From: Thelocarpon superellum
Lineage: Eukaryota
Direction: 5' to 3'
Assembly (NCBI GenBank): GCA_026025795.1
Contig: JAPEUG010000134.1
Span: 1-38,544, forward strand
Length of the DNA stretch: 38,544 nucleotides
Below the pieces are notes generated by a model that saw only the letters and a list, made by a program, of their open reading frames with translations, made no database searches and was not told the origin of the DNA. How positions within the stretch are numbered: the first letter of the stretch is position 1; every line of letters begins with the position of its first letter. Shown here piece after piece: positions 1-11,805 of this stretch. The position numbers and the translations under genes are program-made.

Positions 1-107
1 CCGCTCCTGACGCGAGGCAGATCATCCCTCTTACATGTCCAGTCTAGATTATACAACCTCCCATCCATCAAAACGCAATACGTCGATCAGCAGCTTGACC
101 GTCCGCG

Positions 108-1909
108 ATGGCGATTGATATCACCACATTATGGCGCGCGCCAGCAGTCAACCCACTCAATCAGAAAGCGCGATCGATCCCGGCGCTAAATCCTCTCAAT
201 ATGTATGGGAGGGTCTTTACGCTTTCATGGTTCGGATTTTTGATCGCCTTCTGGTCCTGGTAAGACCCCGTTCGATGGCCTGGAGTCGTGAGATACTGAA
301 CATTCACAGGTATGCCTTTCCACCATTGGTGGGTATGCCATGACTCCTGCGTCGCTCATGGGAAGCTTACGAGGAGACAGCTGACCATCACGATCAAATA
401 CGATCTCGGACTCACCCAAACAGACGTCTCGAATTCCAACATCATCTCTCTCGTGGCAACGTAAGACATACGGGCGTGGGCTAATAGTGCTTCGGAGGGT
501 GCTGACATTGCACAGGCTCCTCGTCCGTCTCGTGGCCGGCACGGCGTGTGATCGATTCGGACCAAGGTGGACATTCGCCGGGTGTCTGATTGCCGGAGCC
601 ATCCCCACCGCGTTAGCCGGTGCGGTGACCAACGTCCGAGGACTGCTAGCGTTGAGGTTCTTCGTCGGCATCCTCGGCGGGACCTTCGTGCCCTGTCAGG
701 TCTGGACAACAGCATTCTTCGACAAAGATGTGGTCGGCACGGCCAACGCTTTCACGGCCGGGCTGGGTAATGCTGGTGGGGGTATCACGTATTTCGTGAT
801 GCCCGCGATCTTCGACTCGTTGGTGTCGCGGCAGCATCTGACTCCACATGTGGCATGGCGCGTAGCGTTCGTGGTACCGTTCATCCTGATCGTGGCAACA
901 GCCATTGTCATCCTTGTGGCGTGTCCCGACACACCGACGGGCAAATGGTCGGAACGAGGGGTGGCTGTGCACCACAACGTCGTGCGTACGACGGATGTGG
1001 TTCATGCCGAGCCTTCAGCACAAGGAGGGGACGCGAAAACGCCGGTGGAGCTAGATGGCTCCGGTTCCGGCTCGCAACCAGCCAGCAAGGAGGCGTCGAC
1101 CGATCTTCCGTCGGTGGAACGAGCGACCATCGGCCAGGCGGAAGGCGAGGTAATTGAGCTCCCGACGCTCCGGTCGAGTATCCGCGTCATGTTATCCCCG
1201 CACACGCTCGTGCTCGGCGCCGCCTATTTCTGCTCCTTCGGGGCGGAACTGTCCATCAACTCGATCCTGGGCGCTTACTACCTCGTCAACTTCCCGAAGC
1301 TGGGCCAGACCGGGACAGGGGACTGGGCAGCGATGTTCGGGCTCCTGAACGCCGTGTGCCGACCCACGGGCGGCATCGTCAGCGACGCGCTCTTCCGCCC
1401 ACGACGATCGCTCTGGGCCAAGAAGATGTTGATTCACCTCCTGGCTATGGTTACGGGAGCGTTCATGCTCGCCATTGGCTTGAAGAACAGCCACACGCAA
1501 TCCACCATGTTTGGCCTAGTCGCAGGGATGGCCTTTTTCCTCGAAGCCGGCAACGGGGCCAATTTCTCATTGGTACCCCATGTCTATCCTTCTCATAACG
1601 GTGTGTCCTGTTCCCCTTTCTCCTGCTACTCTTCTCCTCTCTCTCACCTTTTGTATTTCTTCCTTCCTCCCTTCTCCCGATATATTTGAAAACAATCGAA
1701 CTAACGACGGCCACTGGTGGATAGGAATTATAAGTGGCCTAACAGGCGCTAGTGGCAATCTAGGCGGCGTGATATTCGCTGTGATATTCCGCGTGTGCGG
1801 GACGGATTACGCGCGCGTGATCTGGATCATTGGTACGGTGACCATCGTCGTCAATCTCCTCTTGCTTCCTGTTCCGCCCATTTCTAGCCGCCAGGTTGGT
1901 GGTCGTTAA
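108..1909 (+). CDS. NRT2: High-affinity nitrate/nitrite transporter (MFS, NRT2/CrnA-NrtA/NrtB family), 5 exons
   Basis: Spliced model: ATG 108 ([25 protein letters not shown]...FWSW-YAFPPL), GT-AG introns 260-309, 329-380, 461-515 and 1601-1724, TAA 1907-1909. Contains the MFS loop CDRFGPR and both nitrate-signature motifs (AGLGNAGGG and GASGNLGG), plus FGAELSINS. Confidence 0.93.
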
Positions 1910-1933
1910 GATGTGGATGTGGATGTGGATGTG
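1910..1933. repeat. (GATGTG)4 microsatellite directly after the NRT2 stop codon
   Basis: gatgtggatgtggatgtggatgtg read directly. Confidence 0.85.
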
Positions 1934-2710
1934 GGTATTCGTAAACAGAGCAGGAGGAAGGGGTCAAGATGGAAGGGAGGAAGAAGGAAAGAGAAACTTG
2001 GATATCTATCGCGTTTTCTACATCCACTGTCGTGTGGACAGCAAGGATTTAGGATCACATCTGGTACGAACGAGGGAATGAATGACGTTCGAACGAACAA
2101 ATGGATACTAAATGCACCAGTGGGAGTTGACTACCTAGCGCTACGTTCCGTATTCGGGTCGGGTTTGAGTAGCTCACTGGAGTTTGAATTGAAGGACTGA
2201 TCGATCGGAGTTGTTCATCACTTATTCGTTTGAAGGTCATGCAATCGCACCCTGAGAAGGAAGAAAGAGGAGCAGAAGGTAGATAAAAATCGATACACGG
2301 AATGGAAAGAGGAGGCAAAGGGGTAGATGGATCGAGTCGAATAGACGGACTGACAACCTCCCTGGCTCTTGCTGTTGCTCTTGCTCTTGCTCTCTTTCAA
2401 TTGTACCTCTTGCTCTCTTTCAATTGTACCTCCCCGCTCTCTGGTAACGACGATCATGATGAAGATAGCGATGTGGTAAAGAAAGTCGTCACGATGTGTC
2501 CAGGGAGAGGGTCTAATCCAACGCCGTGAACGAAGATACGTAAATGATGAGGGAGACAGAGAGGGAGACAGATGGGTAGACGAGTGGAAAGACAGTCCTT
2601 TGAGGACATGTGGCTTTGCGAGCTGAGACTGTGGATGGTCGTGTCGACGGGCAGAGGGATTGTAGCTGGAGGGAAGGTTAGTGCGACGAGTCGAATGGTC
2701 CTCATTCTGG

Positions 2711-4372
2711 CTACTCTGATGGTGATGTTGCAATTGCTGTCGATGCCGATGCATCGGTAGGCTTTCGTCCCCAGACGACGTAGCTACGAAAAGAGAAAGT
2801 AAGCCTTTCCTCTATTGCAGTCCTGGAGCTGGAAATCAACTCACACTTTGTAGTAGCCGTGTACCTCTCGATCGGAAAGAGCTTTGCGCACGTTGATCAA
2901 GTAGACCTGCTCCACATCAGTGATCCAACTTCCCTCATCCAACTTGACCTGCTCACCTCGATTTCGTTCTGCGTCCAGCCTAGCACGCGATACATCGATG
3001 CCAAGCTGAGGCCTTGCAACCCCTGCAACATATTGAGCTCGTTGATCTGTAATCCCCATGAGTATGACACGGGCCCGAAATGCGACTCTCCTCATCCTTA
3101 CCCTTCCCATCGTCTTAAAGTGTGGTTCCCTGGGCCATTCATTCAGCGGCACTTTGAAGACCTGCTCGTGCACTTCCTCAAATCCGGCTTCGAGATACCA
3201 CTTCTTTAACTTGTTTGCAATGCGAATCGGTCGTCCAAAGTTCATCGCCGCGTCGTCCATGATCTTGGTCCACTCGAGAAGGGGATATTCCGGTTTCATC
3301 GTCTCGTCGTCGCATTGTGGATTCGGAAAGAGCTCCTGGTGACACGTCAGCATCTTTAAATCTCCCAGCCTATTCTCGAGATCCACCAGCATACCTGTGA
3401 CTCCATCCAACCTCCGGGCTTGATGTACTTGAACGATTTCTTGATGATCTCGCGAAAGTCCTCGAAGCACCCAAGCAAGACGCGTGTATGCACGTAATCA
3501 AAGCTTCCGGGTGGGTAGAGCCAGTCATCCTCCGACGCATCATCGATGATGAACCGCACGTTGTCCGGTACCCTAGGCAGGATTAGTCCGTTGAATCTTC
3601 CCGACCACTGGACACACCCACCAATCGGGCTGGATGGGACTGAGGTCGGTGCCAATGATCTGATGCGTGTCCGTCAGTCTATGTTCCTAAGGATCCATCC
3701 CAATTGCCTACTTCGCAGTCCGGAAATGTCTCCGCTGCACTGATGTTCAGACGAGCTAGCGTTTCAAGTGGTCTGCACGGGCAACGTACCCATCTCAATC
3801 GGCCAAATGCCTGTGCCGGTGCCTATGTCTAGGATCTTCTTGGGTGCCTCCAGTGGCGCAAAGAACCTCTTGCCGCCGAAGGCCATATTGTACAGCTCGT
3901 ACTGTAGGTCGAGTCGTTCATTTTCGGTCTACACTGTGTTAATTCCCGGGCTCTCGAGATGCACGACGGCCTCTGTACCTCGTCGTTGGGGTACATGTAG
4001 GCTGCGGATCGGATGCGTTAGCGAAAGCGCCGCAGCCGCGACGTTGCTCAGGATGCTCACATCCTTCCCGGAACTTGTGATATCGTCGTCCATTTTCCGT
4101 GGGAAAATTGTAGATGCTCGTGTTGAGCGATGCCGTGGATCCGCTAGCGGGCGTGAGCCAAGTTATCAAGATGCGCAGAGAGGTACTCACGCGTACCCTG
4201 AATCCGCATTGACCGAACTCGGTGCTGGCTAGCATCATGTTAGGCGGTCGTTGGGACCCGATCGGCCGTTACGGCTGGGGCTACTTACATCGGGTTCAAT
4301 GGCGGAAGGGGGGACTTCACCACTATCGGCGTTGGCGGACAAGGCTTCGTCGGGGGGCGGGGGAGCCGTCAT
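2711..4372 (-). CDS. SAM-dependent methyltransferase, LaeA-like/TAM (Methyltransf_23-type), 12 exons
   Basis: Minus-strand splicing across 11 GT-AG introns gives MTAPPPPDEA...SIYNFPTENGRRYHKFREG.YMYPNDETENERLDLQY...[49 protein letters not shown]...FDYVHTR...IKPGGWMESQE...YVVWGRKP...SE*. The SAM motif I (LDIGTGTG), [9 protein letters not shown], KPGGW and WGRKP motifs are typical of this family. Stop TAG at 2713-2711. Confidence 0.9.
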
Positions 4373-4580
4373 GCCGGGATATCAAATCCAGCTTTCCCCG
4401 GGCGAGAACACAGGGAAGACCGGCGAGAGCTGTGGTGGTGCTGTTGTGGTGTTGATGCTCACCGGCAGCTTCGCCACCACACACACGAGGGGACCGATAG
4501 GGTGGGTCGTGGCAAACAGGGTGGGATTGGCGGGTGGGCGAGGGGGTGGACAAGCACCTGAGCATTGGGATCGGTTGGCT

Positions 4581-4619
4581 CTTATATACCGACCCAGCAC
4601 ACCGGACACCGGACACCGG
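4581..4619 (-). promoter_or_regulatory. Candidate TATA box (TATATAAG) with adjacent triple CCGG repeat upstream of the methyltransferase
   Basis: cttatata at 4581-4588 (TATATAAG on the minus strand) lies about 210 nt upstream of the ATG. accggacaccggacaccgg at 4601-4619 has three CCGG at 7-bp spacing. Confidence 0.4.
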
Positions 4620-6570
4620 CTGCAGGCTGCAGGTGCCGGGGTAGGTAGAATGGGACGCGGTGGGATAGGATCGGATCGTATTACGATAGAGAACGGGGCC
4701 CAGAGAGCTCACTCGTATCTCCACGAAAGCCGGAAGAGCTAGGAGGGGGATGCACTTGGGCATGGGCGTGACCGCCCGGAAGGGGACCGCAAGGCGACCC
4801 GTAAAAGCGGAGCGGTGACTCGTTGGTGCCAAGCTACAGGCTACCCACGATCCCACGATTCCACGGTCCCTCGACTTAGCGATGGGAGCCCATCATTGAC
4901 TAGTCGATGGGCTGCATGCGGATGGACGGACCGGGCTTGTGGAAAGCCCATCTGCAGCCATCCCTCCGGTCGGTCATGGGTGGTCCACGGCCACGGGCGC
5001 TCGGGACGATCGGGCCCCGCGGGGGACAACGGGCCACAGCCGACAAGCGAATGATGTGCGGGCACGGGTGTTCGCTGCAGCACTGGTGCACCTCTGCACG
5101 GTAACGCTGGCACTGCAGTAACTCCACCCTCCTACATGTCTGCATCACCGCAGCGTTGCGCCCAGGTCGAATCTTTCCGCGACTCGTTCCGCGACCCGTT
5201 CCCGCACTTAGGTGTCCGTGCCTACTCCGGGATGAGCCATGACCATGGGCCGGAGCGAGCGAGCCGAGATGCACGACCCGTCCGTATGGGTCCGGGCCCG
5301 CGTAAAGGAAACTCCACCACCTCAGCACGCATAGGACTCGCCGAGGGGCTTGATCGTCTGAGCGACATCCTGGGCCCTTGGTCCAAAATGCCGACGTCCA
5401 GAGGTTGATCCTACCTATCGGACGCGCAGGATTCAGTGTGAGGGACGCCAGGGACGCAGGGACTTAATCTCCCGGTACGTTTCCCGCCAAAAGCAATGCT
5501 CAACCTCGTATTCATTCCTAGCTTGGTACGGATCGACACAGGTAGGGGCATGGACGGCCATGACTGACAAAGGAGGGCCGCCACAGACCCGTGGGCGTGG
5601 TTAGAGTCCTCGGCCACTGCCGTCGAGCTCCAGCAAGCAGTTGACGGGGGCTGGCGATATCAAACAGATCCTCGCCGTTGATTCGACGATAATGCTTAGC
5701 TTTCTCGTGTGTGACGGCGGCGCTGCAGTAGCGTTGCGAACCCACCTGGACGGTTACGCTGCTTTCCACTGACAAGTCATTTCGGCCCCACCGCGGCACA
5801 TCCACTCTCTCCACCCCGTTCAACCTATGCACACGTCAAGTGTGGTACGTCCCCGTTGTGTCCTCCGTTGTGTTATCCCATTGCAACGGGAGGGACGGCT
5901 TCGGACATTACGTGAACGATTGTCCATGGCAACCGCCGAAATGATGGTCTGATCGGGCCCATTCAATTGTCGTTGTTACCGCGTCCCGGCCGGTACGTTC
6001 ATGCGAATGTTTCCTTGCCGCCCCTCCATGACGCATCTGCCACTACTTTGACCACAGCGTAAGGAGTACTCCTACTAAGAAATGTAGCCGCTACCGGCCG
6101 GCCTACGAGCGCTATCTTGTAACGAGACGTATCACGTTGGCCACTTGAGCCACATGGACAGTTGGATGCCCCATTCGAGCGGGAGGTGGCCGAGGTAGGC
6201 AGAAGTCCAGCACAGGCCGCTGAGCGGCGAAGAGCGAGCGTTGTTGGGACCAAGGCTTGGTAACGGACAAGGGTGTTGTACCGGATGACCAGCATTTCCA
6301 TGACCTGCACGCTGGACAATGCTGCTCGCTCAGGCCAGCCGATGGCCCGAAGGCCCGACAGTGCGTGGCACTGCATCGCACTTACGACGGGGCGCATCAC
6401 GGCCGGGCTGGTGTGAACCATGGACCCGGTCGAGTTCACGACCACTACACTGGTTCTCGGCATGCGGGGTCATGGTGGCGCTCTCCGCTCCTTGCTGCTT
6501 GCTCCTCCGACCGTGCAGACGCAGCAGGCTCCGGTCTTGCATCAAGGCTTGCTCTTCACTCGCCCTGTCA

Positions 6571-8310
6571 TTACTTGCATCGTTTCTCTACAATATTTGG
6601 CCCATGCTCATCGTACTCCTTCTTCGAGATCCACATCTGCATGCGTCGTCAGCCGATTCCCGGTCTAGCGCCGGCGCCCTCCGAGGACTCACCTGATGAA
6701 AGGTACCCAAGCTACCGAGGATGCTACCTCCAATCCAGCTGGCGAAGCGGCGCTCTGCGGTGTTACCCGGCGCCGAGAGTCGTACGCGCGGGCCGGGGAA
6801 CATTTGCGTTAACTCGCTATTGAGTCGCTCCGTGAAGCCGTACAGCAGCGAGGTGCCGCCAGTGACGACGACGTTGCCCAGTAGATGGGGTCGTACGTCC
6901 ACGTCCACGGCGTTCAGCGACGCCTGAATCAACGCCGGGATCGTCTGGCTCGCCAGGGGCGCGGGATTGTCGGCATCCTGACGAGATAGCAGATCAGCGG
7001 TCGCACCAAAGATGGATGGAGGATGCGACGCGCACGCACCGTTAGTGCCATCTTGGCGTCGAACATGCCTTCCACCACCTTGTATCGATCCGCCGTAAAA
7101 ACCTGGTTCCACCCATCGGGCATTTCAAAGGGTCGACCCGGCCAGGTCTTGACCACTTCCTCGTTGGTCGTGCCTTGCTGTCCACTACTCAATCGTCCTG
7201 TCCCACTCCAGACCTGGATGACCGACTCCTTGAATTCGGTCAAGACGCGCTCTTCCTGCAGGCGCCGGAAGGATTCATCGGGGGGCGTCGCGAAGGTACG
7301 GTAGGTGGCATTAGCGGGCGCACCCGCGTCAACCGGTGTCTTGCTTGCGACCAGATAGTGAGGGGTAAGAGTGACGGGTGGCTGCGACGAGGCGAACATC
7401 AAGCGCAGCTGCTGGGACACGAAGTTTCCGGCCAGTGGCGATTTCATCACACCTGCCCATGGCTGTCAGGAGGTCTTCTCCTAGCCCCAACGCGAGCGGA
7501 TGATGTGCGGGATTCGGGGCATCTCCGACGTACCCTTTCGTAGAATCAGACCATCGTGTACCGGCGTGATGGACACGTTGGCGGCGCCCACATCAATGAC
7601 CAGGGCGGACGCCTTGCCGCCGGCAAATCTAAGGTCTTCGCGTCAGCGTCTCTGGCGTCGGCTACCGCCCATTATCATTGCCACTTACGCGGCCAACACG
7701 CCATTTCGGGCCAGCCAAAACGCGGGGCAGCCCCACTCCTCCATGGCAATTTGGATGCCCTTGCCCCGCGACTTGCCCGAGGCCCATCCCGTCTCGGTCA
7801 TCAGCAGAGGATGTTCCTCGAGTGGCTTCTCCTTCTCCTCCAGCCCCTCCATCTCGGCGTCCTGATCGTCATTCGCGTCGTTGAGTCCGTTGGTGGCGGG
7901 ATTGCTTGGCCGTGCATTCGTCAGGCGTGAGGTGATGGCGTACTCCCATAATTTCGTAGCCGTCTCCCAATCCTCCACCGTGCTGTCTTTCGACATAGGA
8001 TTGTGGATAGACAAGTGGGGTAGTGGGACGTGAATGGCGTTCTCACCGAAGAGATGCTTGGTCTCGGTCGAGCCCTCCTCGACTGGCAGGGTGCCATAGT
8101 ACGTGGGCACGACGGATTTGGGGACATCCTCGCCGGCGAAGCCGGCGCGAGTGCTGGAATAGCCCGGATCCAGGATCAAGGCGGCGACCTCGTCTGACAC
8201 GCACCAGGTCCATCAGTCGCACGTTTGCATCGACCACCCACGCAGCTCTCACCTCCACCATATTCCACATTGGAGGGGGGAATCGACGAGCTCTGCACCG
8301 CCGCCGCCAT
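6571..8310 (-). CDS. ARP4: Actin-related protein 4 (NuA4/INO80/SWR1 subunit), 6 exons
   Basis: [49 protein letters not shown]...HPLLMTE...ALVIDVGA...PVHDG...[13 protein letters not shown]...[42 protein letters not shown]. The YGGDEV N-terminus and SLGTFHQ are Arp4 hallmarks. Five GT-AG introns; TAA at 6573-6571. Confidence 0.93.
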
Positions 8311-9337
8311 GGCGACTTCTCCACGTGCTGGCTAAGGATGCGAAACAGCTACTTGCAATTAACCGATCGAGGCCTGAGTCATGGGCCAATGCGGTGCGAT
8401 GTGGTGGGACCGGTCGGGCACGTTTGTTGATGAGAGATTCTACTCTACCAAAGCGAGACGATGTCCAGCGACGCTGAGCGCTTGGGCCGTGCCGGTCGCG
8501 CGTTGCGGTTACGGCAAAGCCCCAACCAACGATTGTAGCGATAGCCACTTCACAACCAAAGGAATAGGAATCGCTCACGTGCTCCATGCCAGTTGATCGG
8601 CATCCAACCCTAGCCTAATGATTCTAATATGATTCTAATACTGGCGTCTGCTTTCCGTGGTGGGCAGCATTCCGCCGGTCTGCGCCCAGCTGGACCGACC
8701 AAGCCAGAGCTCATGAGATACTACAGAATTGCGACTGGTGCGGTGTGCTCACTTGCCGAGAGTCAAACGCGGATCGCGAGTCATCTGATCCAGATACCCG
8801 CCACAGGTCTGTTCAACTGCAAGCAGCAGTCAATTCTTTGATTCAGTGCATGTCGCCGAGGGACAAAGTCTCCCTCGACAATCGAGGTGAGAAAGTCGAC
8901 AATTTGTGCAAGGGTTCGGTACATGATCTTTGCGGCGGTGGAGTATATACGTTGTCTATGAGGACCTCACAGCCTCTTATTCGGGGTACTTCATGGCGAC
9001 CTCGATCTTAGACAGTTTACAGGTTGAGTGAGGACTCAGGAGCAGATGTCACTGACGCGCGGTGCTTGCATCTCTGGCTCTAAGCGCGTGTGGCGGGACG
9101 AAAACGTGAGACGATAGCTGCGCCCCCTAGCGGTAGCGACCGGCAGCCACGGTATTCGTAGCATAAGCGGGTGTAAATGTGCAACCTGGGCCCTTGTTGA
9201 TACGTAGCTCAGGGCTCACCCGTCGTCGACTGGAAGCCGAGAGCGATTTGGTTCTGCCCACCATTTGAAAGCTGGCTTGCGTTGACGCGTCTGCTATTCC
9301 GTTGACCGCCTGATACTGTCCCTTCGACGATGCCACG

Positions 9338-11375
9338 ATGTCGTGGCTTTCCGACCTCCAGCAGATGTACTCCTTGGAGACCCTCGACGCCCGTCTAACC
9401 ACGCCCGTGACGACGCCGCCGACGACAGGCACGGGAGCAAATGGCTCCAAGGATGGCGTCGATGCCCGAGTTGCGACCACGCACAGCAAGTTCGGCACGT
9501 CGCCGTCGCGATGGCGCACCCCTGAGTTCTACGTCTACTACGCCACATTCGTCACCGTCATCCCGCTGATGTTCAAGGTGGCCTTCGACGTGTCCCGTGA
9601 GGCACATCCCGAATATCACAAGTACGCCCATCTGTTGTCACCTGGCTGGATCCCCGGCCGGCAAGTGGACAATTCCGACTCCCAATATTCCACCATCCGC
9701 GAGAATATCCCCTACCTGTTCCTCTTGCTGGCGATCCACCCGCTCCTGCGCCGCCTGTATGATACAGTCTATGCCGATGGCCAACAAGAACGGCACCACG
9801 AATCGTCGTCGGGTGCGAAAGAGTCCTTGGGTACCGCGGCGGCTGCGGATCGACGGCTCCATCAGCGGGTCTCCTTTGACATCCGCTTCGCTGTTCTCTT
9901 CCTGTGCGCCCTGCACGGCTTCTCCGCGCTCAAGGTCTTTCTGATCCTCTACCTCAACTATACCCTGGCTACGAAGCTCCCCCGTGCGTACGTCCCTGTG
10001 GCGACATGGATCTTCAACATCTGTCTTCTCTTTGCCAACGAGCTCTCCAATGGCTACCCTTATTCGCGCATCGCCGACCTACTGCAACCCATGCCGGCGA
10101 GCGTGGACGCGGACGCGGACGGCGCGTCGAATTGGGGCACCTGGCTTGATAGCTACGGAGGGCTCATGCCTCGGTGGCACATCCTTTTCAACATCACCGT
10201 CTTGCGGCTGATCAGCTTTAATCTCGACTACTATTGGAGCCTGGAACGGCGAGGGAGTAGCCCAGTCGAGGTAAGTGCAGGGTCCGGAGGGGCTCGAGCG
10301 GGCGAAGAACCTGGTGCTGACGTGGGTGACGACAAGAAGAAGCAACTTGATCCGACCGATCTCTCCGACCGAGATCGGATCAGCACCCCGGCGCAAGCCA
10401 AGGACTACAACTATTCCAATTACTTTGCCTATGTCACCTACTCCCCGCTGTTCCTGGCCGGGCCCGTCGTGATGTTTAACGAATACATCTACCAGCTCCG
10501 CTTTCCACCCGTCAGCATCACGATGAAGGGGAACATTCTTTACGGCATCCGTTTCCTCGTCACCCTCCTGGCGATGGAGCTGATGCTGCATTTCATCTAC
10601 GCGGTGGCCATCTCCAAGGCCGAGCCGGCGTGGGAGGCGTACACGCCCTTTCAGCTCGGCATGCTCGGCTACTTTCACCTGCACATCATCTGGCTGAAGC
10701 TGCTCATTCCGTGGCGCTTCTTCCGCTGGTGGGCGTTGGTCGACGGCGTGGATCCGCCGGAGAATATGGTGCGCTGTCCGTCGGACAGCTACTCGACCCT
10801 GGCCTTCTGGCGGGGCTGGCATCGGAGCATCAACCGATGGACGATTCGCTACATATACGTGCCGCTCGGTGGAAGTGGGCGCGGCCGGACGCATGGCTGG
10901 CGGGGGATGCTGCAGGCTGCCATCAACTTCTTCGCCGTCTTCACCTTCATCGCCTTCTGGCACGATATCAGCCTCACCCTGTTGATGTGGGGCTGGCTGG
11001 TGACGCTCTTCATCTTGCCCGAGGTGATTGCATGCTTCTTGTTTCCGCCGCGGCGATGGGAGCAGTACCCTACCGCCTACCGAGCCCTCTGTGGGATGGG
11101 CGCGGTTGGGAATCTGCTGATGATGGTGACGGCGAACTTGGTGGGGTTCGCCTTGGGCATCGACGGGGTCAAGGACCTGTGGCTCAACATTCTGGGCACC
11201 TCCTCCGGTATGGCGCTCTCGTGGTGCGCCCCTTCACCCCTCGTGCACCTGGCTGACCGACGATGCAGGCCTGGTGTTTCTGGTCTGCGCCTGCGCCGCC
11301 ATGTTTACGGCGGTGCAGATCATCTTTGAAGTCCGCGAGCAGGAGCGTAGGCGTGGCATTTGGTTACGATTCTGA
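9338..11375 (+). CDS. GUP1: GUP1-type membrane-bound O-acyltransferase (MBOAT), 3 exons
   Basis: YSLETLDARL, WRTPEFYVYY, LSPGWIPGRQVDNSDSQY, RWHILFNITVLRLISFNLDY, YSPLFLAGP, WLKLLIPWRFFRWW, FWRGWHRS and FIAFWHD (conserved MBOAT His). Introns 10271-10336 and 11208-11268; last exon ends ...FEVREQERRRGIWLRF* (TGA 11373-11375). Confidence 0.92.
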
Positions 11376-11741
11376 AGTGGGGATGGCCACTTTGGCCACC
11401 TGTGTATCCTGTAGACAGCCTTTCGCCTTTGAGGGCAGCGCCCATCCATGACTTCCCGTGCGATCCGCATCGCACCGGCCCCTGGTCGGGTCCGTTGTCC
11501 AAATTTGGGCTCTTGCGGTCGCGGGGTGTTGTATGACAATACGACAAACCCGGATTTGGCCTTTCCCATGCTTGAACGATCGGACAGGCCGATGCCGTAG
11601 CAGGAGGGCGATTCATCTCGCTGTAGATGCGGGGTGCAGGGATTGGTAATCGATGAGATCGGGCGGCACGAGGTGCGAAGATGGTGCGGCCAGCCAGAAT
11701 CGAGCAGCGACAGCGTCACGCCCTCGCTTCCACCGTCCCCA

Positions 11742-11805
11742 ACTACTACTAATGACTACTACTACTACTATGTTAGTAGTACTACTAGTAGTACTACTAG
11801 TAGTA
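11742..11805. repeat. (ACT)n/(TAG)n low-complexity, partly palindromic tract abutting the transposon
   Basis: actactactaatgactactactactactatgttagtagtactactagtagtactactagtagta read directly. Confidence 0.8.

Noticed and set aside
4034..4045. 12-bp match (AGCCGCGACGTT) to the hairpin-element arm inside a methyltransferase intron
   Set aside because: No partner arm or loop similarity; compatible with chance.
4373..6570. Many short ORFs in the 2.2-kb region between the methyltransferase and ARP4
   Set aside because: No codon bias, motifs or coherent splice structure, and no tRNA, snoRNA or TPP-riboswitch pattern that I could support. Treated as promoter plus 3'UTR.
8851..8880. Small hairpin GAGGGA-caaagtc-TCCCTC in the ARP4/GUP1 divergent region
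   Set aside because: Short stem, single copy, no recognisable family.
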